Positions 44,367 through 51,716 of a stretch of DNA of 64,000 bases are shown here, in pieces. The first letter of the stretch is position 1; each line of letters starts with the position of its first letter. The stretch is from an uncultured Gemmatimonadaceae bacterium. Its GTDB lineage: Bacteria > Gemmatimonadota > Gemmatimonadetes > Gemmatimonadales > GWC2-71-9. The notes beneath the pieces were generated by a model. It was given only the letters and a program-made list of their open reading frames with translations. It did no database searches and was not told where the DNA came from. The stretch covers positions 35,206 through 99,205 of the forward strand of contig CAZNOJ010000001.1 in the NCBI GenBank assembly GCA_964574665.1, written 5' to 3'. A program made the position numbers and the translations under genes.

Positions 44367-45517
44367 TGGCGGTGCCCCGTGTTGATGCGATGGCGGTGCT
44401 CTGGTTGGGGGTGCTCGGCTGCACCGGAGGGTTCCGCCCGGAGCTCGCCCCGTCCACGGCCTATCGCATCGACTCCACCCTCGCCACTCGCGTGGAGGAT
44501 GGGGTGCTGCACCGCACCCTCTTCCTCGGCGAAGGGCCGTGGGTGGCGCACGTGCTCGAGGTGACGCTCGACCGCTGCACGTCGCTGGAAGCGGTGAAGG
44601 GGTTTGCCGGCGCGATCGGCCGCGAGCGCACCTCCGTGCTGCTCGGCCGGCTCGACGACACCGTCCGTGTGCTCGGCGGGGTGAATGCCGACTTCTTCCT
44701 CTTCACGCCGCCCGGCGTGCCCACCAACGCGCACGTGCAGCGCGGGGTCGTGACGACGGGGCCGAATGCGCAGCCGGTGTTGGCGATCGCGCGCGACGGC
44801 GTGCCCAGTGTCGGCCCATTGCAGGTGCGCGGGGAGGCCGTGTTCGGCGGCGCCCGCCACCAGGTGGTGGCGTGGAACCGTGCGGCGCCCACGGGGCTCG
44901 CGGTCTTCGACCGGAGCTGGGGTGCGGTGCTCGACACCGCGACCGCGACGATCGAGGTGCTCCTCTCCGCCGACGCCGATCGCCGGGTGGTGCACCTCGA
45001 CACCACCACGGCGGGAATGCGCCAGCCGCCGGGGACGGTGACCCTGGTCGCGGGCCGCGATGCCCCGGCGGCGCTCCGCGCCGCCTTGCTGGCCCTGGCC
45101 CCTGGGGATCCGGTGGCGCTCGAGGTGTCGCTCGGACCCGGGACGCCGTGGCATGCGGTGGGAGGCCGACCGATCGTGCTGGAGGACGGAGTGATCACGC
45201 GTGCCGCGCGGGACAGCGGTTCCTTCTCGGTGACGCGCCATCCGCGCACCGCGGTGGGACTCGCCGACGGCGGTCGCCGCGTGCTGCTGGTGGTGGTGGA
45301 CGGCCGGCAACCGGGGTGGAGCGCCGGGATGTCGCTTCCTGAACTCGCCGAGTTGCTGCGGCAGCTCGGGGCCCGCGAGGGCATCAACCTCGATGGCGGC
45401 GGGTCGTCGGCCCTGGTGGTGCGCCGCGGCGGCGACCTCGTGGTGGCCAACCGACCGTCCGACCCGCAAGGTGAGCGGCCGGTGGCCAACGCCCTCGCGG
45501 TGGTGCGGCGATGCTGA
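44366..45517 (+). CDS. Phosphodiester glycosidase family protein (DUF2233-like)
   Basis: Track ORF 44057..45517, with the start at ATG 44366. GGVNADFF.., ..RHPRTAVGLADGGRRVLLVVVDGRQ...GMSLPELAELLRQLGAREGINLDGGGSSALV. Confidence 0.75.
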   Translation: MAVPRVDAMAVLWLGVLGCTGGFRPELAPSTAYRIDSTLATRVEDGVLHRTLFLGEGPWVAHVLEVTLDRCTSLEAVKGFAGAIGRERTSVLLGRLDDTVRVLGGVNADFFLFTPPGVPTNAHVQRGVVTTGPNAQPVLAIARDGVPSVGPLQVRGEAVFGGARHQVVAWNRAAPTGLAVFDRSWGAVLDTATATIEVLLSADADRRVVHLDTTTAGMRQPPGTVTLVAGRDAPAALRAALLALAPGDPVALEVSLGPGTPWHAVGGRPIVLEDGVITRAARDSGSFSVTRHPRTAVGLADGGRRVLLVVVDGRQPGWSAGMSLPELAELLRQLGAREGINLDGGGSSALVVRRGGDLVVANRPSDPQGERPVANALAVVRRC

Positions 45518-45993
45518 GCGCCATCCGTACGGCCACCGAGGCCGATGCCGACGACCTGGTGCGAGTGATCAACCTGGCGTATCGGGTCGAGGACTTCTTC
45601 GTGATCGGTGACCGGATCGACCGCAGCGGCGTCCTCGACCGGATGCGTCGGCCGGGCGGCCGGTTCCTGGTGATTGACGATGAGGCCGGCGCGCCGGTGG
45701 CGACGGTGTTCGTGGAGCCCCATGGATCCCGGGGATACTTCGGCCTGCTGGCGGTGGCGCCCTCGCACCAGGGGCAGGGGTTGGCGCGTCGCCTCGTCGA
45801 GGAGGTGGAGGCCCACTTCCGGCGGGAGGGGTTCTCGGAGGTGATCCTCGACGTGGTGACCCTCCGGACGGAGCTGTTTCCGTTCTACCGCAGGCTGGGG
45901 TACCGCGAGGAGGGGCTGATCCCCCTCGATGGGCGCGTGGCCCTGAGGATGCCGGCCGAGCTCCGCATCATGGTGAAACCGCTCGGGGGGTGA
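45511..45993 (+). CDS. GNAT-family N-acetyltransferase
   Basis: LAVAPSHQGQGLARRLVEEVE..FYRRLGY. Confidence 0.8.
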   Translation: MLSAIRTATEADADDLVRVINLAYRVEDFFVIGDRIDRSGVLDRMRRPGGRFLVIDDEAGAPVATVFVEPHGSRGYFGLLAVAPSHQGQGLARRLVEEVEAHFRREGFSEVILDVVTLRTELFPFYRRLGYREEGLIPLDGRVALRMPAELRIMVKPLGG

Positions 45994-46055
45994 CCCGTCG
46001 GGGTGGTCGGGCTATCGTTCGATCCGATGCCCTACCCACGCAGGGAGCTGTTCAC

Positions 46056-47144
46056 GTGCGCACCTTGACCGTCCTCGGACTGGCCGTGCTCCTGCCGGCG
46101 CCGATGCTCTCGCAGGAGCGCCGCCCCGAATTTCCGCCGCCCACGATCCTGGAATACCGGCCGCAGTCCACGCTGGTGGTCCCCGAGCACCCGGTGCCGC
46201 GCCCGAAGTATCCCGTGGTGGACTTCCACGGCCACCCGCCGCGGTTCACCACGGTCGCGGCGGTGCGCTCGCTGCTGGAGCAGATGGACGCGATCGGGAT
46301 CCGGGTCATGGTGAGCGCCAGCAATTCGAGCGGCGATGCGCTGCACCAGCAGCTGGCCGCGGTGCGGGAGGCGGGGGCCGGCGAGCGCTTCGCGGTGCTG
46401 GCGGGGATCGACCTCCGCAACGTCGGCCCGGGGTCGGGGGCGCGACTCGCCGCGCAGCTCGAGGCCGACGTCCGCGCCGGCGCGGCCGGGGTGGGCGAGA
46501 TCGGCAAGGGATTCGGGCTCTCCACCCGCAAGGCGGACGGCAGCCGCCTCCGCCTCGACGATCCCGAGCTCGATCCGGTGTGGCAGGCGGCCGCGCGGCT
46601 CGGCGTCCCGGTGTTCATCCACGTGGGCGACCCGGCGGAGTTCTTCGAGCCGCTCGACTTCAGCAACGAGCGGTGGCTGGAGATGGCGCTCTTCGCCAAC
46701 CGGCGCTTCAACGATCGCAGCCGCTATCCGTCCTTCGACTCGCTGATGGCCGAGCGGGACCGGCTCTTCGCGCGGCACCCCAACACCACCTGGGTGATCG
46801 CCCACCTGGGGTGGCATGCCAACGACCTGGCGCGGCTGGGGCGGCTCTTCGACCGCCATCCCAACCTCCACAGCGAGGTGGGGGCGGTGCTGTACGACCT
46901 CGGGCGCCAGCCGCGGTTCGCGCGCGAGTTCTTCACCCGGTACCAGGATCGCCTGCTGTTCGGCAAGGACTCGTTCGCGCCGGACGAGTATCCCTACTAC
47001 TGGCGGGTGTTCGAGACGGCCGACGAGTACTTTGACTATTACCGCGACTATCACGCCTTCTGGAAGCTGTACGGCATGGACCTGCCCGACGCCGTGCTGC
47101 GGAAGGTCTACTACGAGAACGCGCTGCGGCTGCTCAAGCGCTAG
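46056..47144 (+). CDS. Amidohydrolase-family (amidohydrolase 2 type) protein, secreted
   Basis: Track ORF 45990..47144. GTG 46056 is preceded by cagggag. Signal TLTVLGLAVLLPAPMLSQ. VVDFHGHP.., ..PVFIHVGDP.., ..VIAHLG. Confidence 0.75.
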   Translation: MRTLTVLGLAVLLPAPMLSQERRPEFPPPTILEYRPQSTLVVPEHPVPRPKYPVVDFHGHPPRFTTVAAVRSLLEQMDAIGIRVMVSASNSSGDALHQQLAAVREAGAGERFAVLAGIDLRNVGPGSGARLAAQLEADVRAGAAGVGEIGKGFGLSTRKADGSRLRLDDPELDPVWQAAARLGVPVFIHVGDPAEFFEPLDFSNERWLEMALFANRRFNDRSRYPSFDSLMAERDRLFARHPNTTWVIAHLGWHANDLARLGRLFDRHPNLHSEVGAVLYDLGRQPRFAREFFTRYQDRLLFGKDSFAPDEYPYYWRVFETADEYFDYYRDYHAFWKLYGMDLPDAVLRKVYYENALRLLKR

Positions 47145-47181
47145 CGCCCCGGTGACCCGAACTCGAGCCTGGAGCCTGTCC

Positions 47182-48327
47182 ATGCGTCGCACCCTGATCC
47201 CGATGTCGCTCGCGCTGATTGCCTGCGCGGCCCCGGCGCAGAATCCCGCGCTGCAATCGCCCACGCCGTCGTCCACGCCGGGGGTGGTGCATGCGGTGAC
47301 GGTGGCCCAGGGGCTGGTCAATCCGTGGGGGCTGGCGTTCCTGCCCGACGGCCGGATGCTGGTCACCGAGCGTCCCGGTCGGGTGCGGATCGTGTCGCCC
47401 AACGGCACCCTTTCCGAGCCGCTCACGGGCGTCCCCGCGGTGGCGGCCCGCAGCCAGGGCGGCATGCTCGACGTGGCAATCGACCCCGACTTTGCCAGCA
47501 ACCGCTTCGTCTACCTCACCTTCTCGGAGCCCGGCGAGGTGGAGGGCACCGCCTCGACGGCGGTCGGCCGGGGTCGGCTGACGGACGCTGGGCTCGAGGG
47601 CTTCACCGTGCTCTACCGCCAGAGCCCGAAGGTGCGCTCCGGCGGCCACTACGGCTCGCGCATCGTGTTCGGGCGCGACGGCACCATGTGGGTCACCGCG
47701 GGCGATCGCCAGAACCAGCGGCCGCTGGTGCAGGACCTCTCCACGGGGATCGGCAAGATCGTGCGGATCAACCGGGACGGCAGCATCCCGCGCGATAATC
47801 CGTTCGTGGGGCGCGAGGGCGCGGTGGAGGCGATCTGGTCATACGGCCACCGCAACCTGCAGGGCGCCACGCTGCACCCGGAGACGGGCCGGCTCTGGAC
47901 GGTGGAGCACGGCGCCCGGGGTGGCGATGAACTCAACCACCCGGAGGCCGGCAAGAACTACGGCTGGCCGGTGATCACCTACGGCGTGGACTACAACGGT
48001 TCGCAGATCGGCGAGGGCACCGCCAAGGCGGGCATGGAGCAGCCGGTGTACTACTGGGATCCGGTGATCGCGCCGTCCGGCATGACCTTCTACACCGGGG
48101 ATCGCTATCCGGGTTGGCGGGGGTCGTTGCTGATCGGCTCGATGACACCCGGCGCCCTCGTGCGCCTGGAGCTGACCGGGGACCGGGTCACCAAGGAGGA
48201 GCGCTATCTGGGCGAGTTGCGCCAGCGGTTCCGTGACGTGGTGCAGGGACCCGACGGCTACATCTACTTCGTCACCGACGCCGCCGATGGCCGGGTGATG
48301 CGGGTGATGCCGGGTCCGCAGCCCTGA
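47182..48327 (+). CDS. PQQ-dependent sugar dehydrogenase (soluble aldose dehydrogenase, YliI-like)
   Basis: Track ORF 46816..48327, with the start at ATG 47182. NPWGLAFLPDGRMLVTERPGRVRIV.., GGMLDVAIDPDF.., HYGSRIVFG.DG.., YGHRNLQG.., HGARGGDELN.., GKNYGWP. Confidence 0.9.
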   Translation: MRRTLIPMSLALIACAAPAQNPALQSPTPSSTPGVVHAVTVAQGLVNPWGLAFLPDGRMLVTERPGRVRIVSPNGTLSEPLTGVPAVAARSQGGMLDVAIDPDFASNRFVYLTFSEPGEVEGTASTAVGRGRLTDAGLEGFTVLYRQSPKVRSGGHYGSRIVFGRDGTMWVTAGDRQNQRPLVQDLSTGIGKIVRINRDGSIPRDNPFVGREGAVEAIWSYGHRNLQGATLHPETGRLWTVEHGARGGDELNHPEAGKNYGWPVITYGVDYNGSQIGEGTAKAGMEQPVYYWDPVIAPSGMTFYTGDRYPGWRGSLLIGSMTPGALVRLELTGDRVTKEERYLGELRQRFRDVVQGPDGYIYFVTDAADGRVMRVMPGPQP

Positions 48328-48812
48328 CCATTCATCCGTTCACCGCCCGTGACATCACGGGCCGGGAGCGATCGCTCGGCGAGTTTGCGGGACAGGTCTG
48401 CCTGATCGTCAACGTGGCCAGCGCCTGCGGGTACACCCCGCAGTACGCTGGCCTCGAGCGGTTGTGGCGTCGCCATCGTGACCGGGGCTTCGTGGTCCTC
48501 GGCTTTCCGTGCAACCAGTTCGGCGAACAGGAGTCCGGCGACGAGGCGGCGATCGCGGCCTTCTGCTCCACCACCTATGACGTGACCTTCCCGATGTTCG
48601 CCAAGGTGGAGGTGAACGGTCGCCAGGCCCACCCGCTCTTCCGGCACCTGAAGTCGGCCGCGCCCGGGCTGCTGGGGACGCGTCGCATCAAGTGGAACTT
48701 CACCAAGTTCCTGGTGGGGCGCGACGGCGTGCCGGTCCGGCGATACGGGCCCGACACCGCCCCCGAAGCGATCGAGCCGGCGATCGTGGCGTTGCTCCAG
48801 GCGCCGCGGTAG
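48324..48812 (+). CDS. Glutathione peroxidase (Cys type); start codon unresolved
   Basis: VCLIVNVASACGYTPQY..LGFPCNQFG.QE..WNFTKFLV. The active-site codon is TGC, not TGA. The frame is open from 48237, but there is no ATG/GTG/TTG before GTG 48414, which lies 3 codons before the catalytic Cys. The start is provisionally set at CTG 48324, which overlaps the upstream TGA. Confidence 0.7.
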   Translation: MTIHPFTARDITGRERSLGEFAGQVCLIVNVASACGYTPQYAGLERLWRRHRDRGFVVLGFPCNQFGEQESGDEAAIAAFCSTTYDVTFPMFAKVEVNGRQAHPLFRHLKSAAPGLLGTRRIKWNFTKFLVGRDGVPVRRYGPDTAPEAIEPAIVALLQAPR

Positions 48813-48816
48813 TCCG

Positions 48817-50247
48817 TCAGCGGGTGGGGATCGCCCGGCCGTGGCATGCCATGCACATCTCCGGGTTGCGGCGGCGCATCCGCTCCGCATCGAAGCCCGG
48901 GCCATGCGGCGAGAAGCGCCGTCCGCCGATCGCCGAGTGACAGGCGGTGCAGTCGCGCTCGGCGTGACACGAGACGCAGCTCTCCAGCGACTGCCGCGCC
49001 GCCTGGCCGTGCCCCACGAAGAAGGCGGCCTTGGCGTCGTGGTAGTTGGCGCCGCCGAGGGTGTTGCCGCCACCGAGCCCGGCCTGGCGGTGGCAGGACG
49101 CGCAGAACTGGGTGGTGTTGTGGCAATCGGCGCAGCTCACCTGGCGGCTGTAGGCCGCCGAGGGATGCCGGGTCAGGAAATCGGCGGGGTGGTAGGCATC
49201 GCCTCCGCGGCCACCGGACTCGCGGTGACAGGACAGGCAGTCCTGCCGCACGTGGCAGGTGGCACAGCTGCGCGGCGAGGCGGACGCCTCGCGGGCGTGC
49301 CCCTCGCGGAAGCTGCTGGTATGCGACGCCGGCTCCGCGCGCGTGATGGCTGCGCCCGTGGCTCGCTCGGGCGCGGGGAGCGGGAGCGCAGCCACGGCAG
49401 CAGGCAGCGGGGCGACGTGACAGGCGGTGCAGCTCGGTCGCGCGTGGCAGGTGGCGCACGCCTGCGGCGCCCGGTTGGCGTCGCGACCGTGCCCGGTCAC
49501 GAACGTGGGCCGTGCGTGCGAGGGCGGCGCGGTGAAGGTGAACCGATGGACCAGGGAGCGCTCGTCGGGCGCCAGGGCCTGGATCGCCGGGTTCTCCGGG
49601 GCATCCACGTGGCAGTTCATGCAGAAGTTGCGCGCGTGGCAGGTGGCACAGCTCTGGCTCACCGCCTGCCCGCCGCCGGGACGGGCCGGCAGCGCGCGCT
49701 GGCCGTGCCCCTCGAACCGGAACGAAGGGACCTGGTGCGAGAGGGGAACCGGGAACCGTGCCACGTCGCTCGACGTGAGCCGGCGGGCCTCGGCGAGCGG
49801 GTAGTGGCAGGTGGCGCACTCGAGGTCCCCCACCTCGAGGTGCCCGCGGCCGGGCACGTGGCAGCTCACGCAGTCCACGGCGCGGCTCACGTGCACCGCG
49901 CCGCGTGGATTGTCGGGGGCGTGGCAGCGCACGCAGGCCACGGAGTCGGCCGTGGCGGCGGCATGGGCCTGGTGCACGAACCGCACGTTCGAGACCGGTG
50001 GCGCGGTGGGCGCGGCCCACTCGACGCGTGCCTCGACCTCGCCGTCGTGGCATGCCGCGCAGCTGGCCGGCTCCGGCCAGAACGAGGCGCTGGAGTCCAC
50101 CGGCCCCACGTGGCACGTGGTGCAGGAGCCGGGGAAGAGCGGCGTGTGCGTCTCGTGACGGAAGTCTGCGGCGCCCCGGGCCAGCAGCGCGCCGGTGGTG
50201 CAGAGCACGGCGACCAGCGCGGCGGCGAGCGTGGAGCGGCCGGTCAT
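48817..50247 (-). CDS. Multihaem c-type cytochrome, 16 CXXCH motifs (periplasmic/extracellular)
   Basis: Track ORF 48817..50337, with the start at ATG 50247 (MTGRSTLAAALVAVLCTTGALLA), forming an ATGA overlap with the barrel gene stop. I counted 16 CXXCH by eye, including five tandem modules of the form F-x3-H-x8-10-CxxCH-x4-CxxCH. Confidence 0.9.
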   Translation of the reverse strand: MTGRSTLAAALVAVLCTTGALLARGAADFRHETHTPLFPGSCTTCHVGPVDSSASFWPEPASCAACHDGEVEARVEWAAPTAPPVSNVRFVHQAHAAATADSVACVRCHAPDNPRGAVHVSRAVDCVSCHVPGRGHLEVGDLECATCHYPLAEARRLTSSDVARFPVPLSHQVPSFRFEGHGQRALPARPGGGQAVSQSCATCHARNFCMNCHVDAPENPAIQALAPDERSLVHRFTFTAPPSHARPTFVTGHGRDANRAPQACATCHARPSCTACHVAPLPAAVAALPLPAPERATGAAITRAEPASHTSSFREGHAREASASPRSCATCHVRQDCLSCHRESGGRGGDAYHPADFLTRHPSAAYSRQVSCADCHNTTQFCASCHRQAGLGGGNTLGGANYHDAKAAFFVGHGQAARQSLESCVSCHAERDCTACHSAIGGRRFSPHGPGFDAERMRRRNPEMCMACHGRAIPTR

Positions 50248-51716
50248 GGTGTGGTGCCGGTGCGCGTGGCGCGCGGCAGCGGGGATCGGTCCACGTCGGT
50301 GCCGATGATGCGGGTGATGCGCGCGGTGAATCGCCACTGGTTCCAGTCGATCGCCGCCGCGTCCGGACGGTCACGCTCCTCGGTGACGCGGATGGCGCCC
50401 AGGCCGAGGCGCCAGGAGTCCCCGGCGCGCCACTCGAGGTCGCCGCCGAACAGCGTCAGCGACGCGTCGCTCCAACGGAACTCCAGCGGTCGGCGCAGCG
50501 TGGCGGCCTGGGCCGCGAGGGTGAGCTGCTGGTGCGGGCGCCAGGTGAGGCGACCCTCGTACCCGAGTGACGCGCTGCCGGGGCCGAACTCCGCGTGGTG
50601 ACCCAGGTCCACGGTCAGGTCGGGTCGTGGCTGCCAGGAGCCGCCGGTCTCGACGCGCCAGCCGCGGTCCTCCACGGCGACCAGCCCGGACGCCGCCCCA
50701 CTCTCCTCGAACCGGAAGCGCTCGCCGCGCAGGTGGAACTGCACGGTGCGACGCGGTGCGACGGACACCGCACCGTGCAGCGCGTGGTAGGCCACCGGCG
50801 AGAAGGCGCCCCAGATGGTCCAGAGGTCGAAGAACGGCAGGTAGCGTCGCGCGCCCAGGGAGACGTTGGCCCCGCGACCGATCCAGGTGGCGGTCACGTC
50901 GGCGGAGCCCCATTGGGCCGATGCCAGGTCGTACGCCGCACCGGCCACCAGCGCGACGCGGGCCACGGGACGCAGCGCCAGCGACACCGCCGCGCGCTCC
51001 GAGACGAAGTAGTCCACGGCGGGATCAACCTCGCGCCGATATTCGATGCGGGCATCACCGACGCGATGGCGCACGCCCACTTCGAGGCCCGCCACGAGCT
51101 GGCGGTCGCGGGGCTGAAAGTCGTCGAGCGGATTGAGCGCGGGGGACGTGACGGGGAGGAGCGCTCCGCGCGCCAGTCCCCAGCCACCGTAGCCCACCAC
51201 GTCCACGCGGCCGGCCTGCCAGGCGACCCGCGCGCCGTCGAGGCCATAGGCGCCGAGGCGCGAGGGCAGGAACTGGCGACCTGCCTGGGTCGTGAGGGTG
51301 CCCCGTTGGTACTCGAGGTAGCCCTCCACCAGCTGCAGGTCCGGCTCGGTGCCTGGCCACGCCGCCGCCTCGGCGAGATCGGTGGCGTGGCGCACGTTGA
51401 GCCGGGCACGCAACCCCGGGAGGCCGAATCCCCAGAGCGTGAGGTCGGCCTGGGTCACCAGCGGGGCGCCGCGCACCACACCGCCCGCGCGAAGGAAGTG
51501 GCACCAGCGATCGTCGCAGGTGGCCTGGTGACCTTCGGGGGTGGTCCATCCCCCGCTTCCCGTCGGGACGGCCTGCGTGCGGGGAATGCTGTCGAGCGCG
51601 ACCCCTCGCCAGGACACGCCGTTGAGCCGGGCGTCGAGGCGCAGCCGGTGACCCTGGCCATCGAGGGGCGTGGCGAGGGACAGCGAGAGGCCGAGGAGCA
51701 GGGCGGCCCGCGTCAC
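50244..51716 (-). CDS. Predicted outer-membrane beta-barrel (porin-like) protein of the cytochrome operon
   Basis: Track ORF 50244..51782. GTG 51716 forms a GTGA overlap with the upstream stop. The signal-like N-terminus is AALLLGLSLSLATPLDGQ. There are no TM helices and no CXXCH. Amphipathic strand patterns occur throughout (RVDVVGYGGWGLARG, ARIEYRREV, LTVDLGHHAEFG, LEWRAGDSWRLGLGAIRV). An N-terminal CDDRWCH motif is present. The beta-barrel call is an inference. Confidence 0.6.
   Translation of the reverse strand: MTRAALLLGLSLSLATPLDGQGHRLRLDARLNGVSWRGVALDSIPRTQAVPTGSGGWTTPEGHQATCDDRWCHFLRAGGVVRGAPLVTQADLTLWGFGLPGLRARLNVRHATDLAEAAAWPGTEPDLQLVEGYLEYQRGTLTTQAGRQFLPSRLGAYGLDGARVAWQAGRVDVVGYGGWGLARGALLPVTSPALNPLDDFQPRDRQLVAGLEVGVRHRVGDARIEYRREVDPAVDYFVSERAAVSLALRPVARVALVAGAAYDLASAQWGSADVTATWIGRGANVSLGARRYLPFFDLWTIWGAFSPVAYHALHGAVSVAPRRTVQFHLRGERFRFEESGAASGLVAVEDRGWRVETGGSWQPRPDLTVDLGHHAEFGPGSASLGYEGRLTWRPHQQLTLAAQAATLRRPLEFRWSDASLTLFGGDLEWRAGDSWRLGLGAIRVTEERDRPDAAAIDWNQWRFTARITRIIGTDVDRSPLPRATRTGTTP

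Noticed and set aside
48414-48425. The possibility that the glutathione peroxidase is a selenoprotein with an in-frame TGA.
   Set aside because: The active-site codon in NVASACGYT is TGC (Cys). There is no in-frame TGA in the gene.
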